DNA of 64,000 nt from Octopus vulgaris (lineage: Eukaryota): the NCBI GenBank assembly GCA_951406725.2, contig OX597835.1:23064001-23128000 (forward strand), read 5' to 3'. The translations under genes and the position numbers were made by a program. A model generated the notes under the pieces. It made no database searches. It worked only from the letters and a program-made list of their open reading frames with translations, and was not told the origin of the DNA. Positions 12,698-25,553 of the stretch are shown piece by piece. The first letter of the stretch is position 1. Every line of letters starts with the position of its first letter.

Positions 12698-13067
12698 CTA
12701 GCAGTATCGCCCGGCGTTGCTCGGATTTGTAAGGGAAATAACTATAAAGCATTTTTAGAGAGTTATAGCCAAAAAATAGCAAAAAAATGATGGTAAATTT
12801 TTTTGAGAGTTAAAAAGGTCGAGTTGCGTCCCCTAGACAGTCTGTGGTTTGTTTCTGATTCTCGACCCCATGTCGAATTTATCGATTTTTTTCAGAACTG
12901 GGGGAACTTTTCAAAATTTTCGCTGCATTAGTTTTGAATTATGACATTGGGCTATGTGTGTGTCAAGTTTCATCAGAATCGGTTGAAAGCCGTGGTCAGG
13001 GTGAGGGTACAACCTAACAGACACACAGACATGCACACCGACAAACTGCCGTTTATATAGAGAGAGA
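12698..13067 (-). mobile_element. Non-autonomous Helitron
   Basis: CTAG terminus with hairpin; GA (TC on minus strand) at the other end. Confidence 0.72.
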
Positions 13068-13143
13068 TATGATATACATGCTGGGCCAAGAACAAATGTA
13101 AAAAAAGACTCAAATGTAGGTCATTCCAGTAGTTTGTATTTAC

Positions 13144-13338
13144 CAATTAATCTTGAGTCTTTAGGTATGAGGTTGTCCTTGTTTATCACCTCAACGGCCA
13201 AACCAGTATAATGGATAGAACCAAACTTCACAACAACATCAATCAGGATATCAATATCAGCTAAAAGTATTGGTAAACTGGGTTCATAGAATCCGCTAAT
13301 AACAGCATAATAGTTAGGACCGAATTCTGGTTCATCAT
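13144..13338 (-). CDS. SPAG17: SPAG17 exon 5
   Basis: gcacag/(D)DEPEFGPNYYAVISGFYEPSLPILLADIDILIDVVVKF../gtaaat; 195 nt, phase 1-1; matches [22 protein letters not shown]. Confidence 0.92.
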
Positions 13339-14297
13339 CTGTGCAGAGAAACAAACAATCTGTATAATTAGTCAGAAAATATTGTAGAGAAGAAAATTCT
13401 GTGATTAAATAACTAAATGGCAGGATTGGTAAAACACCAGACAAAATAATGGAATTAATTGGTAGAGCCGAGGAGAAAATGATTCTTCCAGTTGTTAATT
13501 GAATCATTTTGTCCTCTTCTCTGTTGATTATTAATTTATTCAATGGAACATACAAGTAAGGCATAATCCTGGCCCCCAGCTGAAAGGGGCAATAATTCTC
13601 AATAAGGTTGACGATTTGTGATAACTTGGCCATCTCATGCCAACTTGCAAAACAGGCATAAAATTGATGATGAGAAAGATGCTGCTGCTGATGATGATGA
13701 TGATAAAGCCACTACCAACCCTGCTACGACCAATGATGATGTTGACAGAGAAAATTAGATGTCAATTAATTAAGCAATATGATTTTTATAAGAAAAATAG
13801 GAGCAGGAGTGGCTGTGTGGCACCTTGGACAAGTGTCTTCTACTATCGCTTCAGGTCAACCAAAGCCTTGTGAGTGGATTTGGTAGACAGAAATGGAAAG
13901 AAGTCCATCGTGTGTGTGTGTCTGTGTCTGTCCCCCTAACATCGCTCGAGAATCGATGTTTGCATGTTTACGTCCCCGTAACTTAGCAGTTCAGCAAAAG
14001 AGACCGATAGAATAAGTACTAGGCTTACAAAGAATAAGTCCTGGGGTAGATTTGTTCGGCTAAAGGTGGTGCTCCAGCATGGCCACAGTCAAATGAGTGA
14101 AACAAATGAAAGAATAAAAGAATACAAATATAGGCGCAGGAGTGGCAGTGTGGTAAGTAGCTTATTTACCAACCACATGGTTCTGGGTTCAGTCCCACTG
14201 TGTGGCACCTTGGGCAAGTGTCTTCTACTATAGCCTCAGGCCGACCAAAGCCTTGGGAGTGGATTTGGTAGACGGAAACTGAAAGAAGCCCGTCGTA

Positions 14298-14340
<43 letters not shown>

Positions 14341-14607
14341 TTGTGTGTGTTTGTCCCACTAGCTTTGCTTGACAACCGATGCTGGTGTGTTTATGTCCCC
14401 GTTACTTAGCGGTTCGGCAAAAGAGACCGATAGAATAAGTACTGGGCTTACAAAGAATAAGTCCTGGGGTAGATTTGCTCGACTAAAGGTGGTGCTCCAG
14501 CATGGCCACAGTCAAATGAGTGAAACAAATGAAAGAATAAAAGAATACAAATATAACAAAAAAAAAACTGAATTTTTTTTTAAAAAGTCAAGAAGACAGT
14601 AATTTAC

Positions 14608-14776
14608 CAATATATTTGTAGTCATAGATTTCTTCGGAACGCTTCTTTAGGTTTGTCCCTTCTTTGATGGTGCCTTCTTCACCTGTTTTAGCAGCAGCCG
14701 TTTTCTTCCCGGCCGCCTTGTTCCCTTTACCAGTTTTAACCTTTTTGAGGTCGACACTCTGCAAGGATGCTTTACG
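14608..14776 (-). CDS. SPAG17: SPAG17 exon 4
   Basis: gttcag/RKASLQSVDLKKVKTGKGNKAAGKK..TNLKKRSEEIYDYKYI-G/gtaaat; 169 nt, phase 0-1; matches TQLKRRGEDD..YID. Confidence 0.88.
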
Positions 14777-14939
14777 CTGAACAACACGAAACAGTTTGGG
14801 AAAACGTGAACACTCGTGCAGTGCAAGAACAGTGTGAAGGTGTCTGTGTGTGTGGTGGTGGTGGTGGGATTTACAAGTAAGTGTGCAAGTGCATGTGCAT
14901 AAATATGCAAATGTGCATGGACATAAGCAAGCATGTGTG

Positions 14940-14965
<26 letters not shown>

Positions 14966-14970
<5 letters not shown>

Positions 14971-15369
14971 ATATTGGCAGGGCAAGACTGCTAGGTAGTC
15001 GGCCGTATGCTAGAAATAGATCATCAACGATCAAACTACAAAGAAAGTTCTCTAGAGGAAAAATTCAGCGAACACCAGAACCAAATTTGCTGGGGTTAGT
15101 TTTGTAAATTGCATTTACACTGAACGATTGTACTGATGAAGCCACGGACATTTGAATTATGTAAGTAATTCTTTTGTTAAAGGCCGAAACCGAGGTATGC
15201 AATTAATTCTGTTTTTTTATATAAACTTTCATCTGTCCTGCCCGCCAAATTTGGTTCTGGTGTTTGCTGAATTTTTCCTCTAGAGAACTTTCTTTGTAGT
15301 TTGATCGTTGATGATCTATTTCTAGCATACGGCCGACTACCTAGCAGTCTTGCCCAGCCAATATACACA
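14966..15369. mobile_element. Penelope-like pLTR remnant with inverted 5' duplication (about 124-bp arms)
   Basis: 14966-15089 is the reverse complement of 15246-15369 with about 2 mismatches; hammerhead motif in the spacer. Confidence 0.65.
15127..15203 (+). ncRNA. Minimal type I hammerhead ribozyme (Penelope-like-element type)
   Basis: Stem I AUUGUA/UGCAAU; core CUGAUGA; stem II GCC/GGC extended by a GAAUUAU-GUAA-GUAAUUC hairpin; GAAA; stem III AC-CGAG-GU; GUA cleavage triplet. Confidence 0.75.
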
Positions 15370-15890
15370 TGTATTAGAATTTTCTCTGATTTCTCAGATT
15401 TTTTGTATGCTAGACTACTGGTTTTAAATTGATATTAAAATTAATATTAATTTATCTCCCTCATTATTTATATATATATATATATCATCATCATTTAACG
15501 TCCGCTTTCCATGCTAGCATGGGTTGGACGGTTTGACTGTGGGCTGGCAAACCAGATGGCTGCACCAGGCTCCAGTCTAGAACTGGCATATATATATATA
15601 TCTATATATACATGTGTGTATGTGTGTGTGTGTTTATGTGCAAATGCATGGACATCTATGCATTTCTATGTATGTGTGCATATTTATGCGTGTGTATGTG
15701 CATTTCCATATATTTGTGTGTGAGTGTGGACATGTATCTCTACACAAGTGTGTGTGTGTGTGTGAATGTGTGAGTGTGAACATGTGTATGTGTGTGTGTG
15801 AATGTGTCTCTATGCAAGTGTGTGTGAGTGTGAGAATGTGTCTACGTAAGTGTGTGTGAGTGTATGTATGATCATATGTCTATGTATGTG

Positions 15891-15923
<33 letters not shown>

Positions 15924-17419
15924 AGAAAATAAAGAATGTCAGGAGTTATGTGATGAATATATTTATTTCACCAATTGATATCCATAGGATATATTGGGCA
16001 TATGTTGGTGTGTGTGTGTGGGTGTGTGTGCACGCATCTACATATGTGTGTGTGTGTGTGTGTGTGTGCACGCATCTACATATGCGTGTGTGTGTGTGCA
16101 TGCATCTACATATGTGTGTGTGTGTCATCATCATCATTTAACATCCATCTTCCATGCACGCATGGGAAGGACAGGGTATCCCCGTTTCCTTCCCATCATG
16201 CTCTTGTCCTTTCCTTCTCACCCCTTCTGGTCCTTCTGATGCCGTTGTTCCTTTTATTTATTTATTTTTTTTACCTCTTTGCTCCCTTTTCTGGGTCACC
16301 TATCCAAATCTACATACACACATTTACTAATTACTCACTACACCTGCATTTCTGCCCCAATCTCTACCTGGAGACAGTGAAGTTTGATGCCTGCTCAATG
16401 GATTTCCAGGACTCTTGTCCACTGACTTATTCATAATAGTTTCTAATTCAGGTGCAAAGGTAGAGACAGCCAGTGCCATCTACCCTACTACTTCACTAAT
16501 ACTTTATTTTATTGACCCCCAGAAGAACGAAACGTAAAGTTGACTTTAGTGGGATTTGAACTCAGAACATGAAGAATTCAAAGAAATATCGCAAGATATT
16601 TTTTTCCTGACACTTTAATGGCCCTGACAACTTGCCATCCTTTTTCGTCTAAATAACAGTAATAATCCTTTCTACTAAAGGAACAAGGCCTGAAATTTTG
16701 GGGGAGGGGACCAGTCAATTACATTGAACCCAGTGTTTCACTAGTTCTTATTTTATCAACCCAGAAGGATAAAAGGCAGAATCGACCTCAGCAGAATTTG
16801 AACTCAGATCGTGAAGATAGACGAAATGCTAGTAAGCATTTTGTCCAGTGTGCTAACAATTCTGCCAGCTCACCATCTTAATAATCATAATAATATTTCT
16901 TCCTTCTTATTTTGGTACAAGGCTAGTCAATTTTAGAGGGGTGAAGTGGATTGCATTGACCCCAGTACATGCCTGGTACTATGCTTTATTGATCCTGAAA
17001 GGATGAAAGGCAAAGTCAGCCTCAACGACAACTGAATGAAGAACATTAAGCCAAAAGAAATACTGGTAAGAATTTTGTCCAGCAAGCTAACAAGACCACA
17101 AATTTTGGGACAAGGTTCAATCAAAATGATTCGACCCCAGTATTTTATTGGTATTTATTTTCTTGAAACTAAAAGAATAAAGGACCAAGTCAGCTACAGC
17201 AGAGTTCAAACACACACATCACATACATACACAGAGGGAGAGCGGGGTGCATGTGCGTATGTGTAGAAGCTTGTGCATGTTAGTTGCATATAAGGTAAAC
17301 AGGATATGTTAATGTTTGAGAATGGACGGAAGCTCATAAGGATAATAAACAACAACAATGTTAATCCTTTCTCTGAATAATTAGATTCCCAAAACACATA
17401 CATAAAGCTATAAATGCTT

Positions 17420-17910
17420 GCTTGCTTTGCTTTGCTTCATGCTCTTGTTTGATGGGGTTGGGGGTCATCCCAGGTTAGTGGTCCCGGAGACATCATCATG
17501 CAGAGAACTGACCAGGTCCACCAGTGCTCTCCGTCGCTAGCAGTCCCATGCCAACCCTTCTGCAACCTCCAAGGTGATGTCAAGCCTCTGGAGATCTTCC
17601 CCCAGTCACATCCAGCCATCTGGAGTGGGGCCTACTTCAAGGCCTCTTGCAGCCCACAGCTGCTGCATCAAAAGAGACTAAAACCCTGGTAGGTTGACCT
17701 AGTGGGAGATGGAGGACACGTCTGCACCAGCACATGCGATGGACAGCTACGAGGTGGGAGGCTGCAGGCTGATGCATGCACATACAGTTCTTTGTTGGAA
17801 ACATGATGGTACCATCTGATGCTCTTGATGGTTCTCAGGGCTCTGCTATTGAGGCTGCCGATCCTCTTTTCCAGGGTCTTCGAGAGGGGCCACATTTCTG
17901 CTCCATAGAT
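17420..17910 (-). mobile_element. LINE (RTE-like) 3' end
   Basis: YGAEMWPLSKTLEKRI..RALRTI..IRWYHHVSNKELY; short-repeat tail. Confidence 0.65.
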
Positions 17911-18112
17911 AGCTTTTATTTATAGCTTTATGTGTGCCACAAGAATCCACTATTTCAAAAAAGAATTATTTTGCATTCTCTCAAAAGTTTAGAAAATTCT
18001 TATAACAATGATGATGATGATGAGGCAATAATGGAAACAATGATGATGATAAAAGCAGTGATTAGTATTACAACAACGATGATGATGATGATGAAAATGT
18101 AAATCTACCTAC

Positions 18113-18301
18113 TTTTTCTACAGGTTTAGATTTGGCTATGTCGTCAGCTTTTAATGACAACAACTTAAACTTGATGAGTTTGGCCAAAAGCTCACTAGGA
18201 ATTGGTTCCTTGCTATCAATAAAGGCTTTACATGCCTCGCATACCTCAACATATTGAGGGGCATCTTTACCTCGACCTTTTGGATTGCCATAAACGTTTA
18301 C
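18113..18301 (-). CDS. SPAG17: SPAG17 exon 3
   Basis: ttctag/VNVYGNPKGRGKDAPQYVEVCEACKAFIDSKEPIPSELLAKLIKFKLLSLKADDIAKSKPVEK/gtaggt; 189 nt; matches APLYYEV..LIGKLLKFQLL. Confidence 0.9.
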
Positions 18302-19004
18302 CTAGAAAATAAGATGTACAATATTACATATATGTGTGTGTGATACCCCTTATTGGTCACAGCTAATACAAGGGAGATAATCATGTATTCACAATATTTG
18401 GTGGGATTTTTGATAGTAACTTTGAAGTTTCACTCGATGACTTATTCAGACAGTTTGAATAAACCATGAGATGAAACTCCAAAGTCACGTTCAGTAATAG
18501 TAGCGAGTCTTTTAGTCAGTTACTATATCTGGGGTTTTTTTTATGAACATAAAAAACATTTTTGGCAGTGTGTGTGTGTCCTTGTCAGTGGTTTTCCTCC
18601 CCTCACACATTCACGACACCAACCATGTTCTTTGTTTATTTAATTCATCCCTTTCAACTCCTGTTCACCCTCATTATTAAATCTTTATACACTGTAATCC
18701 CACTACACAGCACACATACATACATACACATATATATATATATATATATACATACACACGATGCACTTCTCTCAGTTTCCATCTATCAAATTCACTCACA
18801 AGGCTTCTGTTGTCCTGGGACTATAGTAGAAGACACTTGCCCACCAAGGTGGCATGCAGTGGAACCGAACCCAAGATAACATGGTTGGAAAGCAAGCTCC
18901 TTAACCACACAGCCACATCTGCACCTATAACCATACATATCTGTATCTATTTATACATGATGCATATGCATTGCATGCATGCAAGCATGTGTATGTAACA
19001 TGTA

Positions 19005-19035
<31 letters not shown>

Positions 19036-19236
19036 ATATGTATGCATGCATAGGTGTGTATGCAATGTGTCTATATGACACTGTATGATTGTGTGTATGT
19101 AAAACATCCAATAACAGAAAACAATTGCTCCTAAAAACAAAAGCTTGAGCTAGTCGTTCAGGTAGACCCAAGAATCCCAAGATCTTAACCCTAACCCTCC
19201 TTTAGTCCAGACCTGACTGAAAGTGTTTGTCTAAAC

Positions 19237-20651
19237 CAGTGATTCTCAATTAGGGTCCATATGACCCTTGGAAGGCCATACAAGATTTGGATCTTTTCAG
19301 TTTGAGCGGCAGTTTTTTAAAATAATTTCCACGTAACTAAACACTTTTAAACTTCGTATACTGGTAGAATGTGTTTATAAAACATCTTTTTCTCTTGGCT
19401 TTATTGAGAAAATTCTATAGTTTGTAAGATATTTGTTGTTGTTTTTCTTCAATTTCTGCAATTTCAACCAGTCACTGACGTCTATTGAGTTAAAAAGCAT
19501 TCTGCACCCTATGAATATGTCCCTCGTTTAAGAAACAGATTGGGTTTATTTACATTTGTGAAGAAGAAAAGATACCCTTCCCCCCACCCCTAACCCTAAA
19601 ACAGATTGAAATGCAATAGATCGATACTAGGGTCATAATTATGGGTGACAATTTCATATGACACTGCTAGAAAAAACTGCCGTTCAAACCAAAAAGATTC
19701 CAAGATTTTGTTGTCGTTTAAATTTATGTACAATAAGCTACTTATATTTCTAAAATGTGAAGGCGCGTGGCTCAGTGGTTAGAGCGTCGAGCTTACGATT
19801 GTGAGGTTGTGAGCTCGAATCCCGGACCGGGCTGCGTGTTGTGTTCTTGAGCAAGACACTTTATTTCATGTTGCTCCAGTTCACTCAGCTGTAGAAATGA
19901 GTTGCGACGTCACAGGTGCCAAGCTGTATCGGCCCTTGCCTTTCCCTTGGACAACATCGGTGACGTGGAGAGGGGAGGCTGGTATGCATGGGCGACTGCT
20001 GGTCTTTCATGAAACAACCTTGCCCAGACTTGTGCCTCAGAGGGTAACTCTCTAGGTGCAAAACCCATGGTCAGTGTCTGACCGAAGGGGGTCACCACCA
20101 CCACTTCTAAAATACACCAAATATCTTAATTTCTTATTTATACAATTCCTAATAATATATTTGTTGTTTTTTTTTTTTTTGCATCTCAGCAAACTTTAAC
20201 CCTTTAGTGTTTAAACCGGCCATACCAGGCCAAAATTGTCTTCCAGTTTTATGCTCAAACCAGCCAGCTCTGACCTCTCACACCTACCCTACAAAGTCAG
20301 GGGCATCATCAAAATCTCAGAGTTACAAGATGCTGTACAATTAATTTAAAACAATGTAATTAAACAGGCTTTACATTTGACAGATTAATCTGAATGCTAA
20401 AGGGTTAAATGCACTTGGGTATAGAATTCTAGGTACAAGTAGAATACATATAGCTGTTTATGTACCAAGTTTAATTCTACCACCACAATTAAAGATATGG
20501 TTGCAGACTCAAAGACTTGGATTTCCTAACAATATTTGATTTTAAAAAATATAACAGGAGTTTTTTTAATTATCGAATGGCTATGATGGTCCACCCGAGT
20601 AAAATAGCAATCGAAGGGTGTCCACAGGTAAAAAATGATTGAGAAACACTG
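19237..20651. mobile_element. hAT MITE carrying three nested insertions
   Basis: CAGTGATTCTCAA...TTGAGAAACACTG; degenerate TSD GTCTAAAC/GGGTAAAC; related to 36726-37042. Confidence 0.7.
19289..19700. mobile_element. TIR MITE with GG terminus and 8-bp TSD (Merlin-like structure)
   Basis: GGATCTTTTCAGTTTGAGCGGCAGTTTTTT / AAAAAACTGCCGTTCAAACCAAAAAGATTC; TSD CAAGATTT on both sides. Confidence 0.75.
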
Positions 20652-21452
20652 GGGTAAACAAAGGTAACCAAAAAGAGAAAAGGAGAGAGGAGAGAGAGAC
20701 AGACAGACAGAGCAGTGTCATCAGAGACTTGAGCTCACTGAAGAATTATCTGGGAGTCTTACAAGTCAAGGATCCCAATTATGATCTCTGTATGCTGTGG
20801 TTTACTGTCAATAAATGTGGTTTAGTGGTTAGGGTGTTGGACTCATGATCGTAAGATTGTGGTTTCGATTCCTGGACCAGGTGATCTGTTGTGTTCTTGA
20901 GCAAGACATTTCATTTTACATTGCTCCAGTCCACTCAGCTGGCAAAAACGAGTAATCTATCCAGGTGGAGAATATATATGTCATGGAAACTGGGAAACCA
21001 GCCCTTATGAATCGGCATGACCCAAGAAGGTAACTTTACCTTTACTTTATTGATTAGCCTTGGGGCCTATAATGCTAAGATGGCCTTGTCTGACAGAGAG
21101 AGAGAGAAAAAAAGATTGAGAGCAGTGCCATCATGAGGCATTAACACACTGGAGAATTATCTGGGAACCTCATGGATCAAGGGTCCCAATTTTTATCTAT
21201 GTATACTGTGGCTTACTGTCAATAAATAAATAAGGCCCAGTTCATTGATTTGCCATGGGGCCTATAATGCAAAGATGACTCTGTCTAAGAGAGAGAAACT
21301 GAGAGGGAAGAGAGAGAGACTGAGAGGGAAGAGAGAGAGACTGAGAGGGAAGAGAGAGAAAGAGAGAGAAACTGAGGGGGAAGAGAGAGAGACTGAGAGG
21401 GAAGAGAGACAAAGACAGAAAGAGGGATTGCAAAGGTAAAAGAGACACTGAC

Positions 21453-21593
21453 CTCCTTGTACAGACTTTGTTGTGTGATGATACCAAAACGTCTCCGAGA
21501 TCCACCGTTGATTGCCGAAGTTAAATTATTGACGTTGATGACATCCTCTGGTTTGTCCTCAGCAATGAGGGCAATAAACACTTTCCAGCTAGA
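21453..21593 (-). CDS. SPAG17: SPAG17 exon 2
   Basis: ttacag/SSWKVFIALIAEDKPEDVINVNNLTSAINGGSRRRFGIITQQSLYKE/gtcagt; 141 nt, phase 0-0; matches the WQASIAFVVGNQIED region. Confidence 0.88.
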
Positions 21594-22081
21594 CTGTAAG
21601 AAATAATAATAATAATGATGATGATGAGGATTTCAAATTTTGGCACAGGGCCAACAATTTCTGGGAGGTGGGTAAGTTGATTACTTCAGCCCCAGTGCTC
21701 AACTGGTATTTATTTCATTGACCTCAAAAAGCAAAGTTGACAAAAAGCAAAGTTGTCCTCAGCGGAATTTGAACTCAGAATGTAAAGAGGGACAAAATGC
21801 CACTAAGCATGTTAATGATTCTGCCAGCTCTAACCCTAACCACCCGAAGAATAATAATGAAAATGGCTTCAAATTTTTCCACAAGGGGGGCCATTTTGGA
21901 GCAGGGGACAAGTCAATTACATCAGCTCCAGTGTTCAGCTGGTATTTTATCGACCCCAAAAGGATGAAAGGCAAAACTGACCTTAGTTGAATTTGAACTC
22001 AGAACAGAGCAACAGATGAAATACTGATAAGCATTTTGTTCAGCGTGCTAACAATTCTGCCAGCTCACTACCTTGATGATG

Positions 22082-22117
<36 letters not shown>

Positions 22118-22835
22118 CTATGGTCAATGAAAAGGGTGTATATCATGCCTATAATTGTTGGTTCCCTAGGTAGACTGAGCAAAAAAATTTAAAAAAAACA
22201 AAAAAGCTTTTTGGAAAAGGAAGGAATAAAAAAAAATTGAAAATAGGACATATCCAGAAAACAGCATTATTTAGCAGTGCAAGGAAATTCCACAAAGTCT
22301 TTGGAACTTGAAAAGAACACACCATTTCAATTCATGACAAGTGTAAAGCTGGTATATTAACAGCACCTCCAATGATAATCCGTTTAAGAATTTGTTTTGC
22401 AAGATTCTTGCTGTGAAATTGTGTGTTGGGACAGATATTGTTGTATTTGGAAATGATTGCTTTTTTTAATTATTTATTTGACCTTCACTTTAGCTTTATT
22501 GTTGTTATTTTTTAGTTTATTATTATTAATATTTGTTTCTTTACTACCCACAAGGGGCTAAACAGAGGGGACAAACAAGGACAGACAAATGGATTAAATC
22601 GATTATATCGACCCCAGTGCTTAACTGTTACTTAATTTATCGACCTCGAAAGGATGAAAGGGAAAGTTGACCTCGGCGGAATTTGAACTCAGAATGTAAC
22701 GGCAGACGAAATATGGCTACGCATTTCGCCCGACGTGCTAACGTTTCTGCCAGCTCTAAAGCAGGCAGAATCACTAGCACACTGGGCAAAATGCTTGGTG
22801 GTATTTCACCTGTCTTTACATTCAGAGTTCAAACT

Positions 22836-23148
22836 GGCCCGGTCATGTTTGTTTGTGTGTCTGTGGACAAGATATCTCAAGAACCACTAGATGGATTTGG
22901 ATGAAACTTTCAGGGATGTTTGGTCTTGTGACTGGCATGAACTGATTTGGGGATCAATCCAATACCAGACAAGGATTCTGGATTATTTTTCCTCAATTTT
23001 TCTTTAATTTTTGAGAGTGGTCAGGTTCATTTTGAGTATTCTAGCTTGTGAGAGTAGTCCAGTTTATTTCAGATATTCTCATTTTAAAAATCATCTCCGG
23101 CTAATCGTTGAGAGGACATTGGCATTGCCTTGGCAAAGGTTTGTGCTC

Positions 23149-23150
<2 letters not shown>
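22836..23150 (+). mobile_element. Helentron-associated (HINE/DINE-like) element
   Basis: GTTT/GTCT microsatellite head, GATTTGGATGAAACTT core and CCTTGGCAAAGGTTTGTGCTCT tail. Confidence 0.5.
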
Positions 23151-23179
<29 letters not shown>

Positions 23180-24513
23180 GTAAAGCAGCAAGTTAACAGA
23201 ATCACTAGCACAGTGGGCAAAATGCATAGAAGTATTTCACCTGTCTTTACATTCTGAGTTCAATTTCCACCAAGGCCAACTTTGCTTTTCATCCTTTTGG
23301 GGTTGATGAAATAAGTACCCATATAGCACTGGGGTCAATGTAATTGACTGCCCCCACTCCCGCCCGCATCCCCCCAAAACTTCAGGCTTTGTGCATATTG
23401 TAGAAAGGGTTATGTTTAGTTTATTAGTCAAAGTTATTTTGTCACACATTCTCTGCCCCTTCAATGACTTTCTGTCTCATGTGTTTCCTCTTGCCCAAAA
23501 TGGAAAGGGTAGAGTGCATGCGTTTAATTGGCAAATTATGACCATCCCCAACTAAAACAATATGCAGTTTGCAACTCTGAGGGGCCGACTTTGTACTAGG
23601 GGGTGAGAAGCAAAAGATGGGTAAAAGTATGAGGTAAGGGGCCACAGTGGTAGAGGTTTCTTGCAGTAAAAAGTTTACATGAACATTTACATTCAGAAAC
23701 GGTAATACGAAAACAAAAGTACTAGTTCAAAAATTTCCATAAAAGAATTTTTATTTCTTTAATTTCTTTCAGCTCACACACACAGACCTTTACATACAAA
23801 CATATATATATATATATATATATATTATTTTATGGCTGCCCCCTCGTTATCGAGTATGGCCATTGCACGAAGCTTAACTGTTACTGGTGCTGTGATCGAA
23901 TGTGACTTTTTAGCCCAGCTAAAGATCTACAATGTCTTGTACAAAATTGGAACTAAGACCTTTACTGGTAATAGCCGGCTGTAGTTGTAACTGGGCTTCA
24001 TGTACCTTTGCATGTCGTTTAAGTCCTCCTGCCGAATTAACTTTCTTCCACATGCCCGACAGATATGATTAGTATGGTGTGTTACACCACCACCAGTGGC
24101 CAGGTTGTCACTCATCTGTCTCGTTTTATGACAACAAAGATGACTCATGAGTCCAGCTTTACTGAGGCAGGGTCTTGCACAGACATTGCATGTCAGAATC
24201 AAAGGAAGACCCTTCCCATGTATATATATATATATATATATACATACATGCACATAAACACATACACTTCCGTACACAAATATATATATATATACTTATA
24301 CACATGCAAACACATACATAGTCCATGTGTGTTTGTGCAGTGGTTGTCTGACTACCGGCGTTGGTTTGTTTATGTTTCATTAATACAGCAGTTCAGCAAA
24401 AAAAAAATTGATAGACTAAGAACTGGGGTTGATTTGTTCAGTTAAGCCCTTCAATGCTGTACCCTAGAAAGGCCAATGCCTGAAATAAATAAAAGAATAT
24501 ATACACATATATA

Positions 24514-25085
24514 CAGGGTACAGTGAATAAATTGCCATCTAAATTACATAAAAATGGAAATAACACAGACATCTCATTTTAACGGCATCAGATTCAACAC
24601 GGAGGCCTACATCAAGTGCCTGGAGGAGGTAGTGTTACCCTAGGTGAAGAAGGTGGCTGCTGGGAGACCCTGTGTCTGGCAAGACTCTGCACTATGCTAC
24701 ACAAGCAGGAGAACCCAGTCATGGCTGTCAGACGATTTCTGTGACCACACCACCCCTAACATCTGACCACCTTACTCCCCACACTACAAACCGCTTGGCG
24801 CTGTTGAGCGAGACTAACAAAACTCCTTGTAACACCAAAGATGAACTGAGGGCAAGGATTATGGCAAGCATTCACCAACAACGAGACCGTCCAGAAGAGT
24901 TGCAGGAGATTCCGAAGTCGTCTGGAGCCATGGTTAAAGGCAATGGCGATTTCATTGAATAAATTTACTCTTTAGAATTTCAAGATATATTAATATAATT
25001 TTGGTAAATATATCTGTTAAAACGAGATGTCAGTGTCATTTTCATTTTTGCATAGTTTAGACAACAATTTATTCACCGCATCCTG
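24514..25085 (+). mobile_element. Internally deleted Tc1/mariner (maT-like) element
   Basis: TA|CAGGG..GTGAATAAATTG / CAATTTATTCAC..CCTG|TA TIRs; degenerate DDD-domain residues (YIKCLEEVVLP, WQDSA, PPYSP). Confidence 0.72.
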
Positions 25086-25135
25086 TATATATATATATAT
25101 ATGTGTGTGTGTGTATGTATATATATATATATATA

Positions 25136-25433
25136 CTAGCAGTATCGCCCGGCGTTGCTCGGATTTGTAAGGGAAATAACTATATAAGCATTTTTAGAGA
25201 GTTACTTCCCTTATATAATAGCAAAAAATACATTAAAAATGGGAAAAAATGATGGTAATTTTTTTTTTAAATCGTAGATTCATCGTAGACGCGCGCTAAT
25301 ACCCAGAAGGGCTCGATATGAATCACGACTATAAGATACCCGCTTTTGGTTAAACTGCACCGCAAAATGTGGGAGTAGTTAGGAATCTAAATCGTAGGAG
25401 ACAGACACACAACTTCACTTTTATATATAAAGA
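25136..25433 (-). mobile_element. Non-autonomous Helitron
   Basis: Same family as 9709-10260, with an internal deletion. Confidence 0.72.
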
Positions 25434-25553
25434 TATATATATATATATATGTTACGTATTCTTCACTCGTTGATGATGTCCTGTACTTGATGTATTTTAT
25501 ATTTATATATATCGTCAGTGTGTTATATATCCAAAAAAAGAAACACACTCTAA

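Noticed and set aside
15590-16130. Cys/Val/His-rich ORFs
   Set aside because: Translations of (TG)n/(CA)n microsatellites, as for many other short ORFs in the track
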